DNA of 59,484 bases, filler included, from Jimgerdemannia flammicorona (lineage: Eukaryota), in NCBI GenBank assembly GCA_003990765.1. It is 3 parts of 3 records of this genome, joined end to end, with 100 filler letters (N's around TTAATTAATTAA, not from the genome) between each part and the next. Parts side by side here need not be neighbours in the genome. Positions count along the whole stretch, not along the records: positions 1 to 19,767 come from RBNJ01001855.1; positions 19,868 to 39,628 come from RBNJ01001856.1; 1 more part is not named here. The stretch is one strand, 5' to 3'. Below are positions 12,322-25,111 of the stretch, piece by piece. Made by a program: the position numbers and the translations under genes. Positions within the stretch are counted from its first letter, which is position 1. Every line of letters starts with the position of its first letter. The notes under the pieces are model-generated. The model searched no databases, had not been told where the DNA came from, and saw only the letters and a program-made list of their open reading frames with translations.

Positions 12322-13686
12322 CAGAGGATGACGCCGCTGAGGGAGTGGAACAGGTCGTTAGCGAATTGGGCCGTCGAGATGTCCTGTAGATAATGGGAGG
12401 GAGAATGAAGAATAATCTAAGAGACTGTATATATTCACAGTCCGAAACAAACAGATAGCCGCCCAGACACGACCATCCACCAATCCCACAAAAAACAGAG
12501 ATGATCACACTTAAATCAAAGATAATGTCCTCACCCTCCCCTCACATACCTCCTCCATTTATGGCCCTCAAGCTCTTGCGGCATGCAGGGTTCTCATACA
12601 GCATACTGGCTGTGGTAAGTTTGAGGTAGATTTTTGTGACATCGTCTAGGAGGGCCTCATAAGATCTGAGCATGCGGAGGTCGAGATCCATAGGCGTATT
12701 TGGTCGAGGCGCGAAAGCGTCTTCGCCATATGGCGTGAGATGGCGTTGCGAGTTGGACATCGATCTGTGTGTGTCTGGGTTTGGGGAGAAGGAAGGGGGA
12801 TGAGTATCGAATCCGTTGTACTTTGTTCGACATCCTCACGCGAGCCACAACCCCACGTTCAAACCACCAACCCTCACACGACCTACAAACCAGGGCGAGT
12901 CTCAGGCACGCGACAAGACCTCGACCATGAATCTCGACGAGAACGGACTATGAAAGTAACCGTCCTTGGAGGCAACCCTGACCGTATCAAATGACGATGT
13001 CAACTGTCTGTAAGACGTGTGTTTTATTGTTTATAAATAAAATACATAAATACACACGATCGTGTAAACAAACGCCACCAAATGAATAGCCCGGTTTCAA
13101 GGGGCTCATCAGTTGGCTTAAAAGCAACCAAGACCAAGACCAACTGGGCGGTACTACGCTTTCGCGTTGGCATTTCGCTCCGGTCGTGGTAATAGTGAGT
13201 GGGCATTCGAAAAAAAAATGAAATAAAATAAAATAAAAAAACGACACGGCAGCAGAAGAAACCGAGAGCAATACTTGACGTAAATGGGCAACTTCTTTCC
13301 CACTCGTCAAAACTACAAAGGCCAAGATACACACTCCAGAAGGGAGAGGGGCCCTTATTATCGTCCCAGCCTGGACGCAAACCTACACCGATCTAACACA
13401 AGGTGTTATATACATGGAGTGTCTAACACCAAATGTCATACACGTGTATATACTTATACGCACGCAAGCGTCGCCCAAGCGGACCATATAGTAGGCTGCC
13501 CCTTGTGCGGCGAATCTATAAACCTCAGTAGACTTTGAAGGTATAGAACATAACAAGTGATTGATTTACTATAACAAAAAAAAATTATTATTATGTTGAG
13601 CCAAAATTTAGCGCCAGTCACAAGCTTCTCAAAAAGGAAATCACCATATAAATTTTATAATACTATACAAATTTTATAATACTGAA

Positions 13687-13812
13687 GACGAACGATTGAG
13701 GCGGACGGCGGATGCGGACGGACGATTGAGGCGGACGCGGACGGACGATTGAGGCGGACGGGCGATTGAGGGGGATGCGGCTGGACGATTGAGGCGGACA
13801 ATTGAGATGGGC
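13687..13812. repeat. GC-rich array of gacgattgaggcggac units
   Basis: About 6 units are visible. The last (caattgagatgggc) already carries transitions. Confidence 0.85.
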
Positions 13813-13879
13813 AATGATCGAGAATTTACTAACATTTATATTTCTATATTAAGAATTCAACAATGAGAATGATTTTTTT

Positions 13880-15500
13880 TACAGCAATTTCTGCTTTTTT
13901 TTCCTGTTAATCCTTTAGTATATTTACAAATAGTTGATAATTTAATACTATCTAAAGCTTGAGGAATAATTTTATTTAAACTATTCTAAGTATAATCATA
14001 ATGTTCTCTTGTAAATAATTTTGCAGCTCTCTAATATATTTCAATATAATTTAGTTCATAATAAAATTTGGATAAAAAATAATTTTATAACCAGCTACAG
14101 TAATAATTTCTTTAAGCATACATTTTTGATTAAGAAAGTCAGATTGTAATTCTAAAATTCTTTGTATATAAAAATTATTTCTTAAATGTTTTTCTTCTTT
14201 TTTATTATATTTTTGACAAATTTTATGTAAATTATCTTTCCATAATCCTCTTTCTTATAAAGTAATCTTTATTCTTTTTAATTGATCTCTTTTTTCTTCC
14301 TAACTTAAATTTATTTGATTTATATTTAAAGTATCTTCTATAAAAGCTTAATGTTCTGTTAAATTATCAAAAGTAAAAATTATTAATACAATTAGAGTGA
14401 GTAGCTTCAAAAATAAGAATTACTTATTCTTTTACTTATTTAATAATATTCTCTGCAGTCTACTAATTATCTCTTCTAACTTCTGATCTAATAATTGCTC
14501 TAGTCATTTAGATATATTGAGAAATAATAATTATTGCTCTTTATTTAAATGTAAAGTTCTAATTATTTTAGTTCAAAATTTACTTACTATTAATATATAT
14601 ATATATATATATATGTTTTTTTCTTAAAGGTATTTTATCTTAAAGATACCAAATTAATTTTTTACTATCATTTAAATAAAAAATAGGTTCATTATAAGTA
14701 ATAAAAATATGATTTTTTTTTAATAAATTTAAGTTTAGAATAAATAAGTTTTTTAATATTATTTTTATTAGATATTATTAAAAAATTTTCATAAATATTT
14801 ATTTGATTTAAAAAAACTACTCTATCTTTTAAAATATCTTCTCTTTTATAATCATTATAATATTCTTTTTCTAATCAATTTTGAGCTATATCTTTATAAA
14901 TAGTTTTTAAAATTCTACAAAATAGAAAAACATTTTCATTAATATAATTTTTAAGTTTTAATAGTAAAATATCAAATTTATATTCTTTAAAATATTGTAA
15001 ACTTAAAGATAAATATCTTCATAAGTTAATAAACTTTTAGTTTTTATATTTATCTTATTTTGATAATAAAAGTTGATAAGTTTTAAACCATACTTTTGAC
15101 TAATTTATAATATAATATATACTTTAAGATTTCTATCTTAAATCAATAGTAATAGTTATACTTACTTTAGTAATATTATAACCAATTTGTTTAAATCTTA
15201 AATATTAAATAAAAGAAATTAATTTTACTTTTAATTATTTATTAATATTTAATTTTATTAATTTTTTTCAATATTATTTACCTTATCTTGAAAATTATAA
15301 TTAATATTTTTATCAGATAAATATTTATATTCAATATTATTTTCAACTTTATTTATAATCTATTTTAAATATTATTTTTAGTATTTATATATTTAAAAAA
15401 TTTATAATTTTAGTGAAACCTTTAGCTACTTCTTTATTTTATTTTTTATATCTTTATAAGATATATTCTGAATTATCTCTATATATTATAATTAAGATAT
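13880..15500 (-). pseudogene. Heavily transition-mutated IS630/Tc1-like DDE transposase (PKFHCELNxIExYWG family)
   Basis: Minus-strand translation gives YKREDILKDRVVFL (cf. GHEREDV), TYNEPIFYLND (THDESTFYAND), IFEATHSNC..FTFDNLTEH (FxFDNxxxH), L*ERGLW, RILELQSDFLNQK, GYKIIFYPNF.YELNYIEIY*RAAK...REHYDYT*NSLNKIIPQALDSI. The 5' limit is approximate. Confidence 0.75.
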
Positions 15501-15559
15501 TTGTAATTTTTTGACCTTTATTAAATTAAATAATTTTTTTATTATTGTTAATTAAAAGT

Positions 15560-15648
<89 letters not shown>

Positions 15649-15785
15649 CAATATTTTCTATATTTTGAGATATATGATCATTAATATAAATTAAAGTAGA
15701 ATACAAATTTACCTTTTTAATAGTATAAGCTATTTTTAATTAGGATATTTGTTTTTTTAAATAGTATTTTTTAAAAAATAAAATG

Positions 15786-16150
15786 AATAATTGAGATAGA
15801 ATAATAAATAATAATTGAGACAAAATGATAAATAAAAATTAAGATAAAATAATAATTAGAATAATAATTGAGACAGAATAATAATTGTAATAAAATAATG
15901 AATAATTATTAAAATAAAATAATAAATAATAATTAAGATAGAATAATGAAAATAATTAAGATAAAATAATAAATAATAATTAAAATAGAATAATAATTGA
16001 GATAGAATAATAATTAAAATAGTAATTGAGATAGAATGATGATTAGAATAATAATTGAGATAAAATAATAAATGATAATTGAGAAATAAATAATAATTAA
16101 GAAAAATGATAATTGAGATAGAATAATAATTGAGATAGATAATTAAAATA
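15786..16150. repeat. AT-rich array of aataattgagatagaat units
   Basis: Directly visible. Interconvertible with the 13687-13812 unit almost entirely by C>T/G>A changes. Confidence 0.85.
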
Positions 16151-17530
16151 AGAGTTTTTTAAAAGATATCTCAAATGAGATATATAATAAAAAAAAATAA
16201 AAACTAGTTAACTTTCTCTTCAGAATTTTTAACTTAATTTCAAAATATAAGTTCTGACATAATAAACCTTTTCTCTAAGAAATATAAAGACTATAAATCT
16301 AAAAGTCAGTTAAAGTATATTAAACAAAAAACAAAAAACAAAAAACAATAGAGTTTTATATAGTTTTATAGAGTAAATAATGGTTTATTATCAATAGTAT
16401 TCAAAGAGGTTAACTTCAGATTAAGATTTAAGTCCAATATATATATATATATATCCAACTTTTGATATTGCAACAGATAATAGAGATAGACTAGTTATAT
16501 GCTTGAGAAGAGGCAGAAGACTCGACCATTCAATTGTCACATGATCACGTGACCAGTCACATGATCTCTGATTACATGTTTGCTGAGATTTGGCAGTCAT
16601 ACTATTTGGTCACATGACAGGGAGTTGCAAGTGATGACACAGCAATTAACGCCCACAGTCACATCCTGAAACAATAGTCACATCCAAAAGTCACGAATCC
16701 ACCAAAACGAGACAAAACGGGCCGTTCGGAGCGTATATGGCAACTGTCAAGCTCCGATTTACCAGGCCAGTATGCAGAGAGAGTGTTCAAAATGGAAAGC
16801 ATTCTCTTCACACGGGTTCTAATTAAGGATGTATAAGCTACCTGCCAGATTTTGAATGCTTCTGGGGTTGCGTGTCGAATCCTTATTTATGTTTGGGATC
16901 TGTAACAGAACCGAACCATCAAGTACGGACTCCGATGCCTAGGCGGAAGGGGTATTATACCATGACTTTCATTTCTGAAATACCAACTTGTTAATTACAT
17001 TTACTGGTATGAGGTTTCTTGGGTTCGTACCGATGCATTTCCGACCGAAAAATGGTAGATAAAAACCGGCATCTGCTGGAAATTTTTACTGAGGGGAAAA
17101 TATATCAGAGTGCACATAATGGCAAAGCTTCGATACAATATTTCAGTAGATTTATCATAACTCAGACCGTAAAAGCTCAAACTGTTCTTGGTTTCGCTAT
17201 CTCGAAAAATACCAAATATCAATTCATATGAGAGTCGCATATTTTGATATTAGCCATAAACATATTGAAATGTCATAAAATAAATACAATTTTACATATT
17301 ATTGACATATTGCGAGTCTCATAGAGATTCACGGCATAATATTTTGACTCGATCCTATACTTGAGCACCTTCCAGCTCATGGAAGTGACCCTGTTCATTA
17401 TATTGTATTCACTACATATAGGAAACACTTGAATATTCAAATAGAAGTGCGACGTGATCGAACGGTAATAACTATGTTAGAGTAGTGTATTGTTCATAAT
17501 GCTGTGTGCACTCATAGGTAACTCATTCCC

Positions 17531-18037
17531 TTAAATTGGTTGAAAATGGAGATGAAAGCGAATCAAGCGCATGTCGGGGTCCTTCGAAGGCCAGTACACC
17601 GAGGGATTCGGCTTTGTAATACTGATGTGGTCGATACTGAGCCGGCCCCTATTCACCATTGTCATGAGCTCCAGCTTGAATCTTTCGAACTCTTCCTCCG
17701 TCTGGTCAAAACGCTCTTCGACGAAGTCCCAGAAGGTTGTCCAGTTCAGGCCGTCGCAGGCGCTGCGCTCCAAGGATTTGAGTTTTTTCAACATCTCCTT
17801 TCGGTTCCTGCTATCCGCGGGGCTTTTCGCCGTAGCCGCCACTAGCCTCTCCGGCTCTGAGTTCGGGAACTGCAAATCAAGCACGAAGCTGCCCCAGCAT
17901 TTTCGGTTCTTCACCAGGACCTGGTCGTGGATCATCTGGATGAAGCGCACTATGAACACTCCGTACATCTCCATCGTAGAGCTAAGGCAAGATACCTTAT
18001 CTTCAGAGGCATTACGACGAGAACATACGTTGCCCAT
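17531..18037 (-). CDS. Hypothetical 168-aa protein with an N-terminal MGNVCS (myristoylation/palmitoylation-like) start
   Basis: Intact ATG ORF in GC-balanced, CpG-containing DNA with protein-like composition. A TATATAAA lies on the minus strand about 65 nt upstream (~18099-18106). No family recognised. Confidence 0.55.
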   Translation of the reverse strand: MGNVCSRRNASEDKVSCLSSTMEMYGVFIVRFIQMIHDQVLVKNRKCWGSFVLDLQFPNSEPERLVAATAKSPADSRNRKEMLKKLKSLERSACDGLNWTTFWDFVEERFDQTEEEFERFKLELMTMVNRGRLSIDHISITKPNPSVYWPSKDPDMRLIRFHLHFQPI

Positions 18038-19735
18038 GCTAAGGACAGAAATGCGTTAGGCCAAGGATAAAATGAAAAGCTCAGATCAGACTGTGAGGGT
18101 TTATATAGATAATTGGCTCGAAATTACGTTGTTATTGACTACCAGTCATATTCATGACACGGAAAGACATTATGACGAGTGCCACACCTGACCCCCGACC
18201 TGTAGCAAGCCCACATAATTTACTATCAGATGGGACTTTAACTATATTTCCAGTGCTGCGGCGCACAGGCCTAACAAACCAAAAGATACCACGTGACCTG
18301 AGGTGACCTTTCAACTTCCGCATACTAAATTTCTCTTCTACTTTCTATTTACATTAGTTTCTGCCACTTCGCAGGATATGACAGGCACTGATATGGACAC
18401 ACAAAAAATGCTTCGTCAGGAGGACTTGTCGGTTTCTGTAGCACTGCTCTGTTTAACATACAATTTGCACCACATAATATAACAACCGTTGAAAAAAAAA
18501 AAAAAAAAAAAAATTATGTAACGCGTGGTTCGCTCTTCAATCTTTTAGTACTTGGTGTCCAAAAAGGTTTAATGTCCAACACGCTCACATTTCCTTGGAA
18601 TTTATAATATTCAACCACACTTTCCCGTGGTCGTCAAAAACATCTCCACCAACGGCGACAAAACGTGAAATCACTTAAATTTCTTCATATTTGCTCGAAC
18701 CCCTATTTACCGCAAAACGGGTAGACTTACCGAGGACCACATTTTGTCACAGGAAGATCAAAGTTTATCACATATTGCGATTGGAATCTTTAGTTGGTAA
18801 TACGCAATTTCCGGATGACACAAGCTCTATTGCTCATGAGTCGTATGTTTCGGAGTAGGCCCGATGGTTTAATCGGCGGGGATTTTATATTGCACATGAG
18901 AGGATGATGTGCTGACATCTAGAAAGGCATGGTGGAACAGAAATGTACAATTGGACCAACATCGAATAATTCATTCATGAAAGTGACAACTTTCCAGATG
19001 CATAACCGAGCGTCGCCTGGGTGGCCACGAATCCGTTTATAAAAATGACCCTGCCCGTATCCCTCCAGGAAGTCCAGGTCGAACGTATTTTCGTTCCATA
19101 GAACTCCTCATCCCATACTATCCGCCGAACGAAGATCGCAACTGTCAATTCATCAACCGAATCAACAATATGCCTAGACCCCCAAAATGCCGCACATGAA
19201 GCCCTGCACGGAATGCAAGCACCAAATGAGGCGCGGTGGACATGCAATGGAATATTGTCCCGAAAGGACATGTCCCATTTACTTCCCGCACGTAGCCCAT
19301 AGGTGTATGGCATGCAAGTCTAAGTTGAACTAGTTCCAGAAGGGCGACCGACCTCGTGACTTCGCCATGTGCATAAACGAGTCGTGTCCGGGCGTCAGGC
19401 AGTGCGTCGCCTGCAAAGGGAAGATCCATCTCGTTCGCGTGGGTGACGATTAGGAGATTCTACGCCCGACGTACTGGAAGCGACTCTGCTGCCAATTCTA
19501 CAAAATGGAAGGCGTATATGGCGATAATTAAATCGCGCTTTGCACCAATCCCCTATGCGATTGGGCAGACATGGATGGGTAAATGACGTGGAGAATCATT
19601 GTCACACTCACGACGATGTTATCTGATGAATATATTTTGGGTGAACTCTTAAAGGCTACCCCTATCAAGATTGGCATCTATAAAAATTCTTCCCTATATA
19701 ATATCGGTAATCATAGACTCATATCCGATCGCGAA

Positions 19736-19767
<32 letters not shown>

Positions 19768-19867
19768 NNNNNNNNNNNNNNNNNNNNNNNNNNNNNNNNN
19801 NNNNNNNNNNNTTAATTAATTAANNNNNNNNNNNNNNNNNNNNNNNNNNNNNNNNNNNNNNNNNNNN
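19768..19867. other. Artificial contig-joining linker (N44-TTAATTAATTAA-N44)
   Basis: Exactly 100 bp with stop codons in all six frames, and identical to 39629-39728. Confidence 0.97.
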
Positions 19868-20331
19868 AAAAAAAAAAAAAAAAAAAAAAACGATGATCGT
19901 AGTTGGTGCAGTCAAGGTCCCATGTACTATCCATGGACAACGGTCCACATAAAATTCGGGAGGGAGGTGGCCATTACCTATGTCCTGCGCGCCCGCCCGC
20001 CTGGCACGAGCTCCGGTTGGCAGCAAAGTAAAGAAAAAGGGACCATGTTAGAGGTGACCTTTATGCATGACGGCTGAGGTTGGTTTGGTGCTCTGAGCGA
20101 GGACGAAACCGTTCCTAATAACCTTCTGGCATGAGCAATTTCCGCACCTCCGCGCTGTGTCAACCGGAATTCATTACCATGTAAGCTCTCGAAACAAAAT
20201 TAAACATTCAACGGACTTATCCAAACTCCGCTTTGCATACATCTCCTGTAACTTGTATTTGGTTACAAAGTTGCCTCGCCTCGCGTACTGTTGCCTCCAT
20301 GTGGATTTGAATCAATTCCAAGTTGGGAAAT

Positions 20332-20343
20332 TCAAAAATTGAC

Positions 20344-20374
<31 letters not shown>

Positions 20375-20393
20375 CGGACTCAAAAATTGACTC
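20332..20393 (-). mobile_element. Tiny poly(A) retro-insertion with a 14-bp target-site duplication
   Basis: tcaaaaattgactc at 20332-20345 and 20380-20393 flanks T27 + aacggac. Confidence 0.65.
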
Positions 20394-21764
20394 ATTGACG
20401 TTTGTCCTCTTGTCTTTTTTCATAGTCGCTAGAATGCTATTTTTAAACGTTTCCATACCATGTCAATTGAACCCCTTTATGACTAGCAAGTCTGACGCGC
20501 CATACTCCAAGTTACAAGTTACCGCAGCAAGGTGTACAAGGCGGGGGAGAGGAATCAATATCTTGGCCGCTGGGCTTGAATTATGATCAACACGGACCCT
20601 TTTTGCCGTATATATGAACGCTATCCCCCAAATACGGGAAGATTGCTTTATTTCTTCTAGTCCGAAATTCGAAAAGAGCATGATGTCATGATATGTCAGC
20701 AGCATTCAAATGTCATTTCGGCGTAGTGATAGCCTGGGAGTTTCGAAAGACGATTAAGTTGGATCGTTCAATAGGTTGTTATCCCCGCAGGTGCCATCAT
20801 ATGAGGCCAAGTGACGGTGCTACATCACGCACATTCTGCTCGCCAAGGATTGGAAGCCGATGAGTGAGCTGAGCCCAGAGGCCTCGTGAATTGATATACT
20901 TCTTTGAGTAGATTCCGCTCAAAAGCCCCTTTGTTCGGTCGTTGAAATCTTGTACGCTGTTCAGTGCACCAGCCCGCGTCGCGTCGCTCCAATCACGTGC
21001 ACCAATACCCGACGCGTTCCTGGGTGGCACGTCGCATCAGTACAAGAAAAGTTGCGCGCAACGTGCATTTAATGAATCCGGTTAACACATAGTCGCCACG
21101 TTAGCCGATCACTCCGAGCACGAGCGTCGTCACCCGCTGCACATGGAGGATTCGTGAGAATCATGACCAGGAACGAACCACGCAACGATTCAAAAGATGG
21201 ATTACGAGCACGTTTCCACCAATCGTTGTCGGCCAGTGAGGAAGGACGGCACATGAAATCACTTCCCGCCACATGGCTCGCCAGCGAACCGGGAATGCAA
21301 GAGCCAAACCCGATGGCGAAATAGGTGGTCCATTGTTGCCAAGGTATATCTTACCAACCAAGACTTCAAATGAGATGCACATGTGTGTCGCTTGACTCGG
21401 GAGTAAAAGGTTAGAGAGCATTCTCAAAAGTTATATCATTCCTAAGGACCCAAGGGTTACAACATTACCAAATTATAATGAAATATATATCATCTGTTTG
21501 GGTGGTTGGCAGATTATTAAGACAGAATTTATCGCATCGCTTCAATCGTGTCACTTATTGTGCTATTTGCGTAACGCTACACAGAAATCGGCCACTGCCA
21601 ATCGATCTTTGCACACTTATACTGTTATAAAGTCCCTCCATTTGCCTATTTCCAGTCCTGTCATTTACGATTTCTCCCCACCTCATCTACTCCGAGTCAA
21701 ACGCTTTTGCGTAGACTATCCCCGCATCATATACTCCGCCTACCACCCTCCTTACAACGACACC

Positions 21765-22643
21765 ATGAACGCTTCCAGGTCGCAAACAAACCACATGGGT
21801 TACCCGCGCTCCTCCATCTCCTCACACACATCTGTCATGGCTGGTACAAATCCTAAATCAGACAGCTTTAGGAAGACCCACAAATCCTCGCTTACTCATG
21901 GAAATTTATCGAGGAACAGCCTGTATATAGAGGATGCCTACGATCGCTCGACCGACCGCCTAGACATAAAGATGGAACGATACCACGCCTCTGTTATTAA
22001 CGTAGCCATCGACGTTGAAACTTCCGACAATGAGGAAAAGATCCGCAAGAAGAAGAACAAGAAATCCGCGAGGAAACCCGTCAAAGGCGACATCGACACT
22101 GTTCTCGCGCCTCCCCGACCGCTAGCGTTTCCGTTTCACAACGACTCGCTCTTTCTCCCGGTCGCGGAGACCGAGCCCGCAAAGCAGGCGCAGCTCGGCA
22201 TCAAGTCCAAGTCCAGCAGCAACACCCTTCGTTCGACGGCAGCTCCCGAGACCGTCCGAACGAACGGGACCGTCCGAACAAACGGGACCGTCCGCTCGAT
22301 CCAGTCCCTATTCCGGAGGAGTACCGACGACTCCGCCACGAGGCGCTCCTTCTCGAGCAACCACTCCCAGTTGTCCACGAACCTCAGGCAACAGCGCGAG
22401 GCCGATGCGCGTACTGAAACCCTCACCGGACGGCACCCCCTTCGCCACACGGTGTCAGCCTACGAGAAGCCGCTCCCGGCGACGCCTGCTCCTGAGAGGC
22501 ATGACGAGGAGGATCATCACCACAACGATAACATCGTCACAAAGATGTGGAGGCTGCTTAAGTCAACGAACAAGCAGTCCAAAAGCCAGAAGCACTCCGG
22601 GTGGTCGTGGTCGACCACCAAGACTTTGCTGAGGGTGTTCTAG
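21765..22643 (+). CDS. Hypothetical Ser/Thr/Arg/Lys-rich, probably disordered protein (~292 aa)
   Basis: Long open frame with C-ending codon bias. The first ATG (cacc ATG) is at 21765, and the ORF-track extension from 21498 uses a non-ATG start. Has a KIRKKKNKK basic stretch and an in-frame TVRTNG repeat. Confidence 0.65.
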   Translation: MNASRSQTNHMGYPRSSISSHTSVMAGTNPKSDSFRKTHKSSLTHGNLSRNSLYIEDAYDRSTDRLDIKMERYHASVINVAIDVETSDNEEKIRKKKNKKSARKPVKGDIDTVLAPPRPLAFPFHNDSLFLPVAETEPAKQAQLGIKSKSSSNTLRSTAAPETVRTNGTVRTNGTVRSIQSLFRRSTDDSATRRSFSSNHSQLSTNLRQQREADARTETLTGRHPLRHTVSAYEKPLPATPAPERHDEEDHHHNDNIVTKMWRLLKSTNKQSKSQKHSGWSWSTTKTLLRVF

Positions 22644-24943
22644 GCCCTGTTGACTGTTGATCCTCGTCTCCTCCACTTCCTCCCCATATGCTCCTCTCTT
22701 CTCGTCAGCGCTGCGATTCCGACATGCGTGATGAATAATGACGTTAATGAACACTCATCCCCCATTTTTTTTTTTTTTTTTTTTGTACAGTTTCCTTTCT
22801 CACATAGAATCCCCATAGATATGAGTTTTGCGCTCATTGTACATCTGCATCACATATATATATATATAATAGCAACTCTGATGATTTTGTTCTTGTACCT
22901 CGAAACGCCGTGCTCGCTCACATCCGCACATCTGTGCCAGGTAGCCTACACTTCACACCTGTGTACACATCCATTTTGCATCATGTATTCATCTCCCCTC
23001 TTCATCCACTCTCCATCTCTCATCCTCTTGTCATCTCTCATTCTCTTGTCATCTCTCATCCTCTTATCTCCGCTCTTCATCTCATCCCCTTGTCTCCATT
23101 CTCCATCTCTCATCCTCCACCTCTCTGTAATAAGTCACTCACTCCTATGCCACTTTATGGAGCTTCGCACAGCGAGCTCGATACCACCCCCTCATACCAC
23201 AATCATTCACAATTCCTCACTTTGTAGAAACATGGAGAATGCGATCTTGACTCTACAATAACGATTTTCGTGTTACTCTCCATACCGATCAACTGTCAAC
23301 TTAATTTTTTTTTTTTTTTTTTTTTTTGTTTTTCCCATCGCGGTTTGCCCATGTGCAGGCCATGCTCCTCTCGGCGTTCCGTGCATATGGGGGTCCTGAC
23401 AAATTTGCCTAGATGGCACGGTGCTTCTCGGACGTCAAAGACCTCGGCAAAGCGGGGATGATCACGTCCCTTGCCGTTTCGGGACGGAGGACCGTGGGAA
23501 TGGGGATTGGGATTTTTTTTCGGGCTTGGCTGCTGGTTTTTTGTTTGTTGCTTCCACGCAAACAAAGTTCGAAAGGGTTCACAACCCAAAATTATTTATG
23601 CATGCGGATAGAATAAGATCAGGGGCGACGACTATATTTACTTTCCGATCCCCCCCACATTGATGGACCGTGCTCCGAACCATGACGGGTATTAGTTATC
23701 GTGACTTGCGTCAATGGTAAGGTAGCACTCGGTTGTAACATTAAAAATAGATTTTTGCGGCAACAGCATACCATTTGTCTCAGTCATTATGCTATGAAAC
23801 GCTACGAACACAGGGTCCGCCTCTTTGACATGTCGAGGCTAGTGACTTTCCATTTCGAGCCCTTTCCAAAGGCGGAATATTTTCATCTTCCGCCGATAGA
23901 AAGGCGGCCCCCTATGATTTAGCAGGGGATATTTACAGGCCGAGACGAAAACGGCGATGTTGGAAAATAGAATGGTGGGCGGGAGTAGCAACCCGAAAGG
24001 ATCTTTATCGATCACTCCAACATACGCGCGCGTCCCGTCATTCGTCGGAAGTCTAGAAATCACAGAAATCACTTGAGAAGGTTGTGTTGGGTCGCGTGAG
24101 CCAGTCCCATCCCCCGGAAGCACACCATGGTTTCCGAGAAAGTGGTTGCCGGCTGAAAGCATGCGGTGTATGTAATTATATAATTACATGTCTGATCAAT
24201 GGTATGATGTTTTTGGCTGAGTTTGTGGTGCCCGAGTAGCCGAAATAGAGCGGGCTGCAGCGGCTCGATAGAACGGTGTGTTGTGAAGCACACCATTCAC
24301 GGTGCAAGGAGTTTTTCACATGTCCCCGAGACCACCGAAGTATTTGCTAAAGGGACAACAACTAGCTGGGGTTGAGCGATTGATCATACGCCATACGCCA
24401 TATCAGTAATGCTTGAGAAAATGACAAAACTCATCCGTCGAAAGCCTCGCATTTCACAGCGCAAAGCAGGGGAGTTTACAGACAAGGCTTGAGAATTTTC
24501 CTTTGAGATGATATCAATGCCAATGAAAACCCGTGTATACATTTGTATTTCTATCAGTATACAGGATTAAAACGTAATGCCCAATGCAGTGATGAATTGA
24601 AATAACTGCAAAGTATCCAGATATCTGACGATATTCATAGACCTTGGATATTCATAGACCTTGTCCACATGTCCATTGATCGAGAGGAAGCAGGTTCGAT
24701 CCTTCATGTTCAAGGTTGAAGACACTGGCCATATCCCTTGGCATGTCTGGCTAAAAAAATATCGTATCATAGAGTAGATTGTATAAAATTGCTAAAAGAA
24801 ATAAATATTTATTTTGTAAAAAAAAAAAAGGTCTGCATAATGCGACGTACCCAATGAATGATTAACATACCCAGGGATAACATACACGATTCGAACTGCC
24901 ATGTAAACCTATCATCAAATCCTTTCAGTCAATTCCACACGAT

Positions 24944-24998
24944 TCCATGAATTGATTCAATTTTTTTTATTTTTATAGTCTCCATGAATTGATTCAAT
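24944..24998 (-). mobile_element. Extremely 5'-truncated LINE insertion upstream of KPTN, with an ~18-bp TSD
   Basis: tccatgaattgattcaat at 24944-24961 and 24981-24998 flanks a T-tract + atagtc, which is the reverse complement of the gactat(A)n 3' end of the contig-3 LINEs. Confidence 0.55.
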
Positions 24999-25111
24999 GA
25001 CAATATGCCATTCACACATTCGTGCGTGCCAATGGGGTTTTCGAGTCAGGGTGGCTTAGATATTACTCGCGCTCCTAATGTACAAATCCAACTCGCTCAC
25101 CCGTGCCCGAA

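Noticed and set aside
11367..12760. GC-rich ORFs (202 aa on +, 72 aa on -)
   Set aside because: Low-complexity or stop-interrupted with no recognisable domain, so they are not supportable as genes.
18975..19500. Protein-like minus-strand ORF fragments (NLLIVTHA...; RRIVWDEEFYG)
   Set aside because: They could be a frameshifted pseudogene or a spliced gene, but I could not establish a family or a consistent exon chain.
22650..23261. 203-aa hydrophobic ORF
   Set aside because: Non-ATG start. It runs through a poly-T tract and an 18-bp CT-rich repeat, and most likely is the 3' UTR or intergenic DNA.
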